Assembly (NCBI RefSeq): GCF_006345805.1
Contig: NC_043003.1
Location: 12,772,001 to 12,836,000, forward strand
DNA length: 64,000 bases
From: Octopus sinensis
Taxonomy: Eukaryota
Direction of reading: 5' to 3'
Position numbers and translations under genes: made by a program. Below the pieces are notes generated by a model that was not told the DNA's origin, searched no databases, and worked only from the letters and a program-made list of their open reading frames with translations. Below are positions 51,791-64,000 of the stretch, in pieces (the stretch's first letter is position 1; the number at the start of each line of letters is the position of its first letter).

Positions 51791-52186
51791 ACTGTCTTCT
51801 TCAGTTTGTCTACCAAATCCAGTTACTAGGCTTTAGTTGGCCTGGGACTATAGTGGAGCACATCTGCCAAAGGTAGGCCTGAACCTGAAACCATGTGGTT
51901 GGGGAGCAAACTTCTTAACCACACACCCAAGCCTCCACACATTAAAAAGAATGACAAATGAATACAAGTGATGAGATATTGTGTTGGGAAGTATCCGGCT
52001 TACCCATGCAAGCATAGCAAAAGCAGATGTAAAACGATTATGGATATGAGGAAATTAATTAACCCTATAATTAAATCCAGTTTTTCTACCACTTGATTAA
52101 AATAAAACTGTTTCATGAATTATTTCCTTGATATTTTCTCTTAATATTTTCTAATTTTGGAGTTGTTTTCTTTTACTATTTTTCAG

Positions 52187-52280
52187 AGTAACATGGGTAG
52201 CAATGACCCCCTATTAAACATGAAAGACTGTACAATTGATCACCGGCACCAAGTTTTACTTAAAGGTTACTCTTTACCAG
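52187..52280 (+). CDS. MED25: MED25 coding exon 7 (end of VWA domain)
   Basis: tttcag| SNMGSNDPLLNMKDCTIDHRHQVLLKGYSLP |gtaact; 94 nt, phase 0 to 1. Confidence 0.87.
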
Positions 52281-52992
52281 GTAACTACTGTTACATATTT
52301 ATTGTCAAGTGTGAGTAAGTTGGTTTATAAGTAGTTAAAATTAATCACAATATGACAATATTAAGTGGAAATTTGCTACAGGGTGTGTGGACAATTGGAG
52401 AAATCTTCAGATCCTGTCGAGCAAGTGTTTTGGCCTGTTAGTTCTTGACATTCTAAAGGACCTGGGCCCACCTAGATCACGACTCCTAGGTCGTCCTGTT
52501 GTTTTTGAAATATCACCTTTAGTATAGATTGAACTAGGAACTTCCTGATGCTCTTATATCCCTGAACTGTGGTGTATATTGCTTGGCCACAAAGGCCATT
52601 GCAAGAATTTGCACTGTGGTTCCATATCAGACTGGGTTTCTCTCACATGATGTTCAGTGGCTAGGAGTATTTGTTTCTGGTTTTAGCTATTGTTTCTTTT
52701 TGTCCACAGCCACATTGATCTCTTCTCAGCTTGTTCTGACGGGCATTTTATTACAATTGTTCTTTTGTGACTTTTGATCCTGAGCTGACAATACAATATA
52801 GTGCAGAAATTTGGGGTCAAGGGGTCAGTCGAGTACATCAATTCCAGTGTTCAACTGGTGCTTATTTTATTTGCCCTGAGAAGATGAAAGACAGAGTCGA
52901 CCTCAGTGGGATTTGAACTCAGAATATGAAGACAGATGAAAAGCTGCAAAGCATTTGGTCAGGCATGCTAACAATTCTGTCAACTTGCTGTC

Positions 52993-53221
52993 TTAACCCT
53001 TTTGTTACTGTATTTATTTTGAGATGCTCTGTGTTTCTTTCAATCCCTTTAAATATGACAAAGAATTTAGTAAAATAACCTGGTTATCATTAAGCTAGTG
53101 TTGGGAACATAAATTGTGACTAAATTTTGGTGGAAGATTTTAATTCAAAACTTATGAAAACAAGACATTTGTACTACAGAGCCAGAGCCGGTTTCAGCTG
53201 GGTTGGTAATGAAAGGGTTAA
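52993..53221. mobile_element. piggyBac-type MITE
   Basis: ttaa|cccttttgttac ... gtaatgaaaggg|ttaa. Confidence 0.75.
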
Positions 53222-53240
53222 TGATGATAATAATAATAAC

Positions 53241-53785
53241 ACTATGGAATAACAACAGAAAAAAGATGGTGTAGACACACGCCAGAAAAGGTCACAGAAG
53301 ATGAGAAAGTAACCATACTATGGGATATGCCAATACACACGGATAGAGAAATTAAGACCAATAAGCCAGATATAGTTGTCAGAGATCATCAAGGCAAAAA
53401 ATGCTTTCTAATCGATGTATCAATACCAACAGATGACAATGGTTCTCTAAAAGAAACAGAGAAACTTGTAAAATTCAAAGACCTGGAAATAGAGGTAACT
53501 CAAATGTGGAGTCTAAATTCCTATCATAGTAGATGCATTAGGTATGATAAAAAAAAAATTTCAGATAAATACATAACAAAAACACCAGGACTAACAAGTA
53601 TATACAACATACAAAAAAATAGCACTACTAGGCAAGGCATCCATCCTATGTAAAACACTTTCAATACAATAAAAATAAGAGCTTATAACAACGCACAACA
53701 CATACCCAAGGCACATAGAGCTGTGTTTGGTAGTGCAGTGAAAGTACGTAAAAAAAAAATAAGACTACTGAATAATAATAATAGT
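53241..53785 (+). mobile_element. R4/Dong-clade LINE 3' fragment (restriction-like endonuclease)
   Basis: EKVTILWDMPIHTDREIKTNKPDIVVRDHQGKKCFLIDVSIPTDDNGSLKETEKLVKFKDLEIE (PD..D/ExK); flanked by (ATA)n repeats. Confidence 0.8.
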
Positions 53786-53869
53786 AAATGCTGTTGAATT
53801 TCTTTATGTAATATATGTATAAATATATTATTGATATATACAATTCATTTTAAAATCATTCTTTTCAAG

Positions 53870-53935
53870 AACGGTCAAACAGTCCAAGCTTAGAAGAAGA
53901 GCGGCAGATTATCGACATGCTACGAATGAAACTTT
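53870..53935 (+). CDS. MED25: MED25 probable coding exon 8 (frame-neutral cassette)
   Basis: cttttcaag| ERSNSPSLEEERQIIDMLRMKL |gtgagt; 66 nt, phase 1 to 1, open frame, unique sequence between repeats. No homology recognised. Confidence 0.7.
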
Positions 53936-54563
53936 GTGAGTTGCTTATAACTTTTATACTCGTATCAAGTTAATACAGTTCTATATTAAAGAGATGAGGA
54001 ATTATGTACATTATTTACATTAGACAGATATTTGTCCTCATGTTTGTTGTTAACACAACATTTCGGCTGATGTACCCTCCAGCCTTCATCAGGTGTCTTG
54101 GGGAAATTTTTGAACCTGGGTTCTCATTCCTAAGCCCAGTATACCCATCATGACTATCCGTCTGATAGAGGTACACCAGGCACATGCATCACAACCATAT
54201 GTGCGCGACATGGTGATCTCATATCAAGATAAACAGCACATGACCTTACAGGTGGAGCCCAGTCAGAATATTCTTCTGGTTGAGTAACCCATCCCACTCA
54301 AAAGGTCCCTGAATAAGGGTTGTTTAAGGATGTTGAACGAACCACCCATGTTTCCAGAGGTGAATTATTCGAACCCCAAAGAATCCCTTTCAACTCATGG
54401 CTATGATGCTCCCCCACTACTTCTACTCGTGATCAGAAATGCACATGTCGTCAGCCACTAAGGGACATGCTCAACTGGTTACGGTCAAACAACTGACAAG
54501 CAAATCTGTGGTATTGAGCAGAATATTTGCTGTTGCTCATCTTTTATACCAAGATAAAACAAT

Positions 54564-54595
<32 letters not shown>

Positions 54596-54738
54596 TTTCT
54601 TTTAGCTGTTGCCTTGCCAGGAAGTCAATGTAATCAGCTTATCCCCTCCTCCAAAATTGCTGTCCTTGTGGCAAAATTTGAAATCATCATCATCATCATT
54701 ATTATTATTATTGTTATTATTATTTTTTTTTCTTTTAG

Positions 54739-55127
54739 CTGTAGCCTTGCCAGGAAGTCAACAACCCCCACAGCCTCTTCCAGCTGGTGCCCCCATTGTC
54801 TCTGGACAACCAGTGATGCCCAACCAGCCAAACCATATGCCAGTGCAACAAGCACCCCCACAACAGCAGCAGCCAACTATGACACAGCAGCCTATCCGAG
54901 GCAAACACGGCATGAGCCAAAAAGGCGTTCCTGGCATTAGTCCCCGCGGAGCAGCTGGAACAACTGGTCCGCAAATGCCCAACACCCCACCGCAGGGCAT
55001 GCAACAGCCCAACATGTCTCCGCAGAACATCCCCCCACAAGTAGCAGCTCAGCAACCCCCACCGCCGGGTCATCCTATGATGTCACAGGTCATATCGCAG
55101 CAACAGATCCCCACACGTGTCATGCCT
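54739..55127 (+). CDS. MED25: MED25 coding exon 9 (Pro/Gln-rich)
   Basis: tcttttag| VALPGSQQPPQPLP...IPTRVMP |gtgagt; 389 nt, phase 1 to 0. Confidence 0.85.
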
Positions 55128-56067
55128 GTGAGTAGAATGTTTTTTCATTTTCGTTCTTTTCAATTTTTTCTATGAGGTGCAGACGTGGCTGTGCAGTTAA
55201 GAAGTTTGCTTCCCGACCACATGATTTCAGGTTCAGTCCCACTGCATGGTATCTTGGGCTAGTGTTTTTTACTATAGCCACTGACTGACCAAAAGCCTTG
55301 TGAATGGCTATGATAAATGGAAACTGTGTGTGTGAATATATTATTCTTTACTTGTTTCAGTCATTTGACTGTGGCCATGCTGGAGCACTGCCTTTAGTCG
55401 AACAAATTTATCCCCAGGACTTATTCTTTGCAAGCCTAGTACTTATTCCATTGGACTCTTTTGCCGAACTGCTAAGTTACAGGGACATAAACACACCAAC
55501 ATTGGTTGTCAAGTGATGGTGAGGGGACAAGCACAGATACACACACACATATGACGGGCTTCTTTCAGTTTCCGTCTACCAAATCCACTCTCAAGGTTTT
55601 GGTCAGCTTGAGGGTATAGTAGAAGACACTTGTCCAAGGTGTCACGCAGTTAGACTGAACCAGCAACCATGTGGTTGGTAAGCAAGCTACTTACCACACA
55701 GCAATGTCTGCGCCTATATATATATATCATCATCGTTTAACATCCGTTTTCCATGCTGGCATGGGTTGGATGATTTGACTGAGGACTGGTGAGCCAGGAG
55801 GCTGCACCAGGCTCCAATCTGATCTGGCAGTGTTTCTACAGCTGGAGCCCTTCCTAATGCCAACCACTCTGAGAGTGTAGTGGGTGCTTTTTATGTGCCA
55901 CCGACACAGTGCCAGGGGGGGCTGGCAGCGGCCACGATCGGATGGTGCTTTGTATGTGTCACTGGCACAGAAGCCAGTCAATGCGGCACTGGCGTCGGCC
56001 ACGTTCGGATATATATATATATAATTTAAACATGCACACACATGTGTATGTGGACAGGGTGTCTGGG

Positions 56068-56294
56068 TTAACCCTTTAGTATTTAAACCGGCCATATCCG
56101 GCCAAAATAACTAATCTGTTTTATGTTCAAACTGACCAGATCCAGGCTCTCACACCTACCCTACAATGTTATTTTACATTAAGTAATTACACCATCAAGA
56201 TCTTGAAGATATGAGATAATGCATGATTAATTCAAATCAATATGAATCAATAAGCATTATGTTTGATAGAATAATCTGAACACTAAAGGGTTAA
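56068..56294. mobile_element. piggyBac-type MITE
   Basis: ttaa|ccctttagtattta ... tgaacactaaaggg|ttaa. Confidence 0.75.
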
Positions 56295-57329
56295 ACCTCA
56301 CGGTTTGCATAAAAAAGAAACACACTATCCTGTCATTGTCCAGTCAACCATGTTGAATTACCATTGCTGAAACAGCTGCAACCAGTCATTCCATTGCATG
56401 ACCCTTCTGCGAGAAAGAACCCTCATCATCACCATTGTCATTTAGCGTCTGTTTTCCATGCTGGCATGGGTTGAACAGTTTGACTGAAAGCTGGTAAGCT
56501 GCACCAGGTTCCAGTCTGATTTGGCATGGTTTCTACAGCTGGATGCCCTTCCTGATGCCAACCACTCCAAGACTATAGTGGTTGCTATTTATGTGCCACT
56601 TGGGATGGGTGCCGGGTGACACCTGTATCATCTGTCATGACTGAACTCATTTGGCTTGACAGGTTTTCTCAGGTACGGTGTATCGTCACTTGTCACCTCG
56701 GGTACGGTGTATCGTCACTTGTCACCGCGTCTGTGAGGCTCAATGTTCCAACGGTACTTTCTATGTGCCACCAGCACGTGTACCAGCCACATGGCACTGA
56801 CATCCATGTCTACGATCTCACTTGGATTGACAGGTCTTCATAAGTACAGAGTATTGCCAAAGGTCTTGGTCACTTGTCACTGCCTCTGTGTGGCCTAGCT
56901 TGGACACACACATGCACACACGCACATGCATACATGCGCGCGCGTGCACACACACACACACAAGGGCTTCCATAGTTTCTGTCTATTGAATCCACTCATA
57001 AGGCATTGGTTGGCCCAGGGCTATAGTAGAAGACACTTGCCTAAGGTATCATGTCGTGAGATTGAACCTGGAACCATGTGGCTGCAATTTGAGCTTCTTA
57101 ACTACACAGACAAGCATACATCTATATGTCTGTTTTACATAATCAGTGTAGGTTGGAGAGGTCATCAAAGTTTTAGTCATTTCTTGTTTGGGATTACTGC
57201 ACTCCTAAATGTGACCAGTGGACCATGCTTCTGTTGTCTGTTTTCTGTGCTTGTGAAGACCTGTTAAGGCAAGTGAAGTCATTGTCATGGCCGATGACAG
57301 TACCACCTCAGTGGCAACCTGCGCTGGAG

Positions 57330-57750
57330 GCACATAAAAAGCACCATACAAGCACCGTCGATACCAGTGCCACCTGACTGGTCACGTGCTGGTGGCACAT
57401 AAAAAGCATCATTCAAGCATGATCATTGCCAGTGCCACCTGATTGGCTCCTGTGCCAGTAGCACATAAAAAGCACCTTTCAAGCCTGATCATTGCCAGTG
57501 CCGTCTGACTGGCTGCTGTGTCAGTGGCACATAAAAAACACCATTGAAGCCTGATCATTGCCAGTATCATCTGACTGGCTCCTCTGCCAGTGGCACATAA
57601 AAAGCACCATTGAAGCCTGATCATTGCCAGTGCCGTCTGACTGGCTCCTGTGCCAGTGGCACATAAAAAGCACCATTCAAGCCTGATCATTGCCAGTGCC
57701 GCCTGATTGGCTCCTGTGCCAGTGACACATAAAAAGCACCATTCAAGTGC
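57330..57750 (+). repeat. 66-bp minisatellite (about 6 units) related to the RTE 3' UTR repeat
   Basis: gcacataaaaa recurs at 57461, 57527, 57593, 57659. Confidence 0.85.
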
Positions 57751-58013
57751 CGCCACGTGCATGAGACATGCAAACTGAAAAAGGCAGAGGTTGTGGCAGC
57801 TGCAAAAAAATTTCATTCTTGTGTAGGAGCGTTAATTGCTCAAAAGGGTGGCCATATTGAATTATAAATGTTTTTTGTGATAAATGTTACATTAAAATTA
57901 TATCTGTCTACTACCATTATTTTAATATTTTTTTATAACTAGTTTTATGCATCATAAAAATTGTCTCAATTTATCTGCAAAAATCTGATCCTTTTTATTA
58001 TATTTTCTTTCAG

Positions 58014-58035
58014 AATGAAGATCCTAGTATTATTG
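58014..58035 (+). CDS. MED25: MED25 22-nt microexon (exon 10)
   Basis: ttttctttcag| AAT GAA GAT CCT AGT ATT ATT G |gtgagt (NEDPSII); supplies the phase 0 to 1 switch needed between exons 9 and 11. Confidence 0.75.
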
Positions 58036-59200
58036 GTGAGTAACAATATTTATCTAAGAACAATCGTTTCAAGTTTTCCTTTCTATATTTTCTTGAGTGT
58101 TTCACATTTTATTTCATACTTTCATCATCATCATCGTTTAACGTCCGTTTTCCGCGCTAGCACGGGTTGGACGGTTCGACTGGGGTCTGGGAAGCCAGGA
58201 GCTGCACCAGGCTCCAGTCTGATCTGGCAGAGTTTCTACAGCTGGATGCCCTTCCTAACGCCAACCACTGCGCGAGTGTAGTGGGTGCTTTTTACGTGCC
58301 ACCTGCACAGCTGCCAGGGGGGTCTGGCATCGGCCACGATTGGTAGGAGCTTTTAACGTGCCACCGGCACGGAAGCCAGCCAAGGCGGCGCTGGCAACGG
58401 CCACGTTCGGATGGTGCTTTTTATGTGCCACCGGCACAGAAGCCAATCGGGGCGGCGCTGGCATCTTTGTGTGACTAAATAACTTACACTGATGTTTTTC
58501 TGGCATGTTCCATTGATACATCAATTCCTTTTCATGTATTTCTTTCCCTTTTTTTTTTTCCAAACTACTTCTTTTTCTATTAACTTTTACCTTTATATCT
58601 CTTTTTATTCTATCTTAATTATGATTTTTTTATATTAGTATTTTACTATCATAAATAGGAATTTTATTTTTGTTGCAAATTGGTACATAGTATCATCATC
58701 ATCGTCATCATTGTGTAACGTCCGTTTTCCATGCTAGCGCGGGTTGGACGGTTCGACCGGGGTCTGGGAAGCCAGGAGGCTGCACCAGGCTCCAGTCTGA
58801 TCTGGCAGTGTTTCTACAGCTTGATGCCCTTCCTAACGCCAACCACTCCGTGAGCGTAGTGGGTGATTTTTACGTGCCAGGTGAGGCTGGCAACGGCCAC
58901 GATCGGTTGGTGCTTTTTACGTGCCACCGGCATGGGATCCAGTTGAGGCGGCGCTGGCAACGGCCATGTTCAGATGGTGCTTTTTACGTGTCCACTGGCA
59001 CTGGTATCACAACTACAATTTCCATTGATTCATATCCATTTTATGTAATTGGACCTGGATCTTGACCCCAAATTTTTATCCTGCATAATTTTGGCTTTGT
59101 CCTGTGTAAATCACCCCCACCTGTTTTCTCAGTTAAAATCTACTATAAAATTGTGCTGCTTATCCACAAGTAAAAACATCTTATCAATCTCAGTTTAGAC

Positions 59201-59575
59201 CAGCCCTGGCCAACTCGAATTACGTTGCAGACCCCTTTAATTACAGAAAGTTTTTTGAGGGTCGCTTGTATACTTTATACACTAACAGTCAAATAATCAA
59301 AATACAGAATCAAGAATCTTTCATACTTTTTGTTTGTTTAAAATTATAAAATTGTAGGTTATCGCTTTATTGCCGCATATAAATTTTAACAATCTTATTT
59401 TGAAATTAAACACAATAGGCGCAGGAGTGGCTGTGTGGTAAGTAGCCTGCTTACCACATGGTTCCGGGTTCAGTCCCACTGCGTGGCATCTTGGGCAAGT
59501 GTCTTCTGCTATAGCCCCGGGCCAACCAATGCCTTGTGAGTGGATTTGGTAGACAGAAATTGAAAGAAGCCTGTC

Positions 59576-59627
<52 letters not shown>

Positions 59628-59908
59628 CTGTGTTTGTCCCCCCTAGCATTGCTTGACAACCGATGCTGGTGTGTTTACGTCCCTGTCACTTAGCGGTTCG
59701 GCAAAAGAGACCGATAGAATAAGTACTGGGCTTACAAAGAATAAGTCCTGGGGTCGATTTGCTCGACTAAAGGCGGTGCTCCAGCATGGCCGCAGTCAAA
59801 TGACTGAAACAAGTAAAAGAGTAAAGAGTAATACTTTAAGAAAGTAACAGGTGGTCCACAAGATAAAAGTCTGCATGCGGCCCACGGTCCTCAGGTTGGC
59901 CAGTCCTG
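59201..59908. mobile_element. hAT-type MITE with nested SINE
   Basis: TIR cagccctggccaac / gttggccagtcctg, 8-bp TSD gtttagac (59193-59200, 59909-59916); SINE inserted at ~59418-59830. Confidence 0.8.
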
Positions 59909-60007
59909 GTTTAGACAATGGATAAGGTTACTGTTCATTCTAAAGGGAACATACTTTTGTTTTACAACCATGTTTCTATTTTGTTTTCTTTTAAATATTT
60001 TCCACAC

Positions 60008-60049
<42 letters not shown>

Positions 60050-60063
60050 GTTTCAATTTACAG

Positions 60064-60624
60064 CCCAGAGGCAGGCTATGGCCAATCGCCCACAGACTCA
60101 AATAATGACTCCAGCAGGTCTTGTTAACCAGCCTGGGGCCATAATGCCTGGTCAGCAGGTTATAGCATCAGCGAATACAGTTTTGCCTCCTCAAATGCCC
60201 ATGGCCCAAAACCCACAGCTGCACCCTCATCCGCACGTTGCTTTGGTGAATCCACAACAGCAAATGCAACAGATGCACCCGAACTTCACAAACATATCCA
60301 CCCCGGTTACTGCTTCACAGCAGCAACCACTGCGCATGCCTTACGCTCCATCTCAGATGAACACTGTTAAACATCAGCAGCAGCATCCGCAGCAGCAGCA
60401 ACATCCCCAGCAGCAACAGCAGCAGCAGCAACAACAGAGTATTCAACAGCAGCAGCAACAACAACAGAATAATCAGCAGCAGCAGCCCACGCCGCCACAG
60501 CCACCACAAGTATCTCAGCCGCCGTCATCTCAACCACAGCAAGGACCAGCAAACGTTCAGCAGTCCGTGTTGGATGCAGCTAGTATGGGAAGCAAAGTGA
60601 TTCGTGATAAGAAAATATGGTCAG
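60064..60624 (+). CDS. MED25: MED25 coding exon 11 (polyQ region, start of ACID/PTOV domain)
   Basis: tttacag| QRQAMANRPQ...polyQ...DKKIWS |gtaagt; 561 nt, phase 1 to 1. Confidence 0.87.
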
Positions 60625-60817
60625 GTAAGTTTAGGATTCACTTCTATATTCAAGGAGTGGAGTGGCTGTGTGGTAAGTTGCTTGCTTACGAGCCACATGG
60701 TTCCGGGTTCAGTCCCACTGCGTGGCACCTTGGGCAAGTGTCTTCTACTATAGCCTCGGGCCAACCAAAGCCTTGTGAGTGGATTTGGTAGACGGAAACT
60801 GAAAGAAGCCTGTCGTA

Positions 60818-60882
<65 letters not shown>

Positions 60883-61080
60883 CTGTGTTTGCCCCCCCAA
60901 CATCGCTTGACAACCAATGCTGATGTGTTTACGTCCCCGTAACTTAGCGGTTTGGTAAAAGGAGCCCGATAGAATAAGTACTAGGCTTACAATGAATAAG
61001 TCCTGGGGTCGATTTGCTCGACTAAAGGCGGTGCTCCAGCATGGCCACAGTCAAATGACTGAAACAAGTAAAAGAGTAAG

Positions 61081-61880
61081 AGATGAGGAATTATGTACAT
61101 TATTTACATTCGATGGATATCTGTCCTCAACTTGTTTGTTGTTAACACAGTATTTCGGCTGATATACCCTCCAGTCCTCTTCAGGTGTCTTGGGGAATTT
61201 TCGTACCTGGGTTCTCATTCCTAAGGTATTCTTCGATGTTATTATCATTATTATTGTTCAGGTTACTGCTTGGAATCTTGAGGTTAGTAGCCCACGCTCT
61301 TAACCACTACACCATATGCCCGTGGGCAATTATGGAGTGAATTTTAGGGCTTATAAATCTAATATTTTTCTATCCTTCCTTAATACCGGTTCCCATATGC
61401 TGCTCTTATCTGCACTCGGTCTGCTTAGGAGGTTGTTGTGTCCTAGCATATGTGCTGCTTTTAGTTTTCGTATTTTCCAGTGGTGTTCTCTGTCTATTAT
61501 TTTAACTTCATCCCACAGGGGAAGGTGGTCTTCATTTTTCCATACATGATCAGCTATACCTGATTTATCAATATCTCCTCGTGTCACAGCTTTGCGATGT
61601 TCGTCTACCCTTATTTTGAGGGGGGCGGCATGTTTCGCCTTTGTATAACCTACCACAGCTGCATGGGATGGAGTACACGCAGTCTTCGGTCATATTCTCT
61701 TCTATTGGTGGTTTTACCCGAAGGAGATATTTGCGAAGTGTTGTATTACTCTTGAATACTGTCCTGATATCATATGGGCCACATATCTTTTGTATCTTTT
61801 CGGAGAAGCTTTCCACATAGGGTAGACAGACTGTGGACAGTGTATTGGCCTCATCCTTTCTCTTCATCATAATTGCAGTC
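61081..61880 (-). mobile_element. Penelope-like element 3' fragment: GIY-YIG endonuclease remnant plus terminal repeat
   Basis: LPYVESFSEKI...VYSIPCSCGRLYKGETCRP / LKIRVDEHRKA...SGIADHVWKNEDHLPLWDEVKIIDRE, typical of Penelope GIY-YIG EN, with a frameshift; followed by tRNA-like and hammerhead-like segments. Confidence 0.88.
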
Positions 61881-62880
61881 TATAGTATAATTGGAGCTTA
61901 TAGTATAGTATAAATAATGTAAGTTTAGGATTGCTTTCAATAATAATAATGATAATAATCCTTTCCACTAAAGGTGGCGAGCTGGCAGAACCGTTAGCAC
62001 GCTGGGCGAAATGCGTAGCCGTATTTCATCTACCATTACGTTCTGAGTTCAAATTCCGCCGAGGTTGACTTTGCCTTTCATCCTTTCGAGGTCGATAAAT
62101 TAAGTACCAGTTACGCACTGGGGTCGATATAATCGACTTAATCTGTTTGTCTGTCCTTGTTTGTCCCCTCTGTGTTTAGCCCCTTGTGGGTAGTAAAGAA
62201 ATAAATAATCCTTTTCACTATAGGCACAAGGCCTGAAATTTTGGGGGAGGGCATAAGTCGATTACATGCCCCCCCCCCACTCCCCAATATTTCACTGGTA
62301 CTTAATTTATCAACCCCCGAAAGGATGAAAGGCAAAGTCGACCTCAGTGGAATTTGAACTTAGAATTTGAAGACAGATGAAATACCGCTACGCATTTTGT
62401 TCTGCATGTTAACGATCTGGCTGGCTCTCCGTCTTAATAATCCCTTCTACTAAAGGTACACAACCTGAAATTTGGAGGGAGGGGACTAGTCAATTACATT
62501 GAGCCCCTGTGCTCCACTGGTACTTAATATATCGGCGACCTGGCAGAAACGTTAGCACACCGAGCGAAATGCGTAACCGTATTTCGTCTGTCGTTACGTT
62601 GTGAGTTCAAATTCCGCCGAGGTCGACTTTGCCTTTCATCCTTTTGAGGTCGATAAATAAAGTACCAGCTACGGCACTGGGGTCGATGTAATCGACTTAA
62701 TCCGTTTGTCTGTCCTTGTTTGTCCCCTCTATGTTTAGCCCCTTGTAGGCAATAAAGAAATAAATATATCAACTCTTAAAGGCAAAGTCGACCATGGCGG
62801 AATTTGAACTCCGACCATAAGGCAAAATGTCGCTAAGCATTTAGCCCAGCATGCTAACGACTCTACCAGCTCCCTGCCTT

Positions 62881-62913
<33 letters not shown>

Positions 62914-63399
62914 CCTTTCTGCTAAAGGCATAAAGCCTGAAATTATGTGGGAGGAGATACAATTGATCAAAGGTCATAGAAAACTTTTGTCCACTGTTCT
63001 TGATTCTGGGTTGTTTTTTTTTTTTTCCTGAGAGGAGGCCTTCCTCTCCCTGGTCCTTATGGTGACATTTGGTAGAAATGACCCAGAAGTTGTTGCTCTC
63101 TGATTACTATTGCAAACAGCAGTAGCTTTCTTCAACCGAATTTACATGTCGTTGATTGGTTGAAATTTCCCAAATTCACCAAATACAACTTCAACATGAA
63201 ATAACTTCTAAAATACCAAATTTTGTCAAAAAATGTTCAAAGTAAACTGTGTTCTGCGCAAGACATTCCACCAGAATACGAAGTTTCAAACTGTTTAGTT
63301 TTAAAAAATTAATTAAAAAATCTCAGCCAAACTGAACAGATCCAGTATTTGAGTTAATTCTTATTCTGAAAAAAAATTTCATCTTGTATTTTTTTACAG

Positions 63400-63502
63400 G
63401 AATTTTAGAATGGCCTGACATGCCAAAACAAGGAAGCAATGCAACCAAAGTGACGCGTTCTCTTCAATGCAACATGACAGTGAGTGCTGGAGAACAAGAC
63501 AT
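63400..63502 (+). CDS. MED25: MED25 coding exon 12 (ACID/PTOV domain); gene continues beyond window
   Basis: tttttacag| GILEWPDMPKQGSNATKVTRSLQCNMTVSAGEQD |gtatgt; WSG-ILEW...TRSLxC is the ACID domain start; 103 nt, phase 1 to 2. Confidence 0.9.
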
Positions 63503-64000
63503 GTATGTATTTATCTCTATTCCTTTTCTTCTTTCATTTTGCCAGGCGTGCTAATGATTCTGCCAGCTCGCTGCCCTCTCATTCTATGTAATTCCATGTA
63601 AGAAACTGCAGTTAAGATATGTTCCAAATACCATCTCAATAATGAAATATTAGTCACAGTAAATCCTTCTGGATTTTCAAAAACTACTCAAAACACATAA
63701 ACTATCATCATCATCATCATCATCGTTTAATGTCTGTTTTCCATGCTGGTATGTGTAGGACAGTTTGACTGAGGTCTGGAGAGCCAGTGGCTGCACCAGG
63801 ATCCAATCTGATCTGGCAATGTTTCTACAGCTGGATATCCTTACTTAATGCCAACCACTCCAATAGTGTAGTGGGTGCTTTTTACTTGCCAACAGGTACA
63901 GGAGCCAGTCAGGTGAGCCTGGCTCCGATTACATTTGAATAGTGCTTTTAACGTGCCACCATTTCATTAAAATCATGGTTCTAAAATCATTTTTAAAAAA

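Noticed and set aside
57330-57750. CRISPR-like regularly spaced repeats (also 32900-33560 and 18543-19220)
   Set aside because: Whole units are repeated with no unique spacers, there are no cas genes, the context is eukaryotic, and the units derive from retroelements.

Overview
AT-rich, microsatellite- and SINE-saturated eukaryotic DNA; the repeat families and gene content are most consistent with an Octopus (cephalopod) genome (inference). Three protein-coding genes can be reconstructed: (1) an archaemetzincin-2-like zinc metalloprotease on the minus strand (two coding exons, 5043-5792 and 2792-3091, HETCHLFGLMH zinc motif); (2) an intronless WDPCP/fritz CDS on the plus strand (23824-26004); (3) the first 12 coding exons of MED25 on the plus strand (37243 to 63502; all splice phases join in frame; gene continues past the window). 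The rest is tRNA-headed SINEs, fragments of RTE, R4/Dong and Penelope retroelements, decayed Tc1/mariner transposases, MITEs and simple repeats. The most interesting signal is a set of candidate self-cleaving ribozymes in the retroelements, all found by manual base-pair inspection and untested: minimal hammerheads downstream of a tRNA-like head in Penelope terminal repeats (4 copies plus a second variant family), a hammerhead whose three strands lie in a non-circularly permuted order (16030-16105), and a ~200-bp SINE-like element (2 copies, each with a TSD) whose 5' end folds as an HDV-like ribozyme. Also notable: a duplicated MED25 splice acceptor that could create a 24-nt in-frame microexon, a ~365-bp-arm fold-back in MED25 intron 3, and a repeated motif cluster upstream of MED25.
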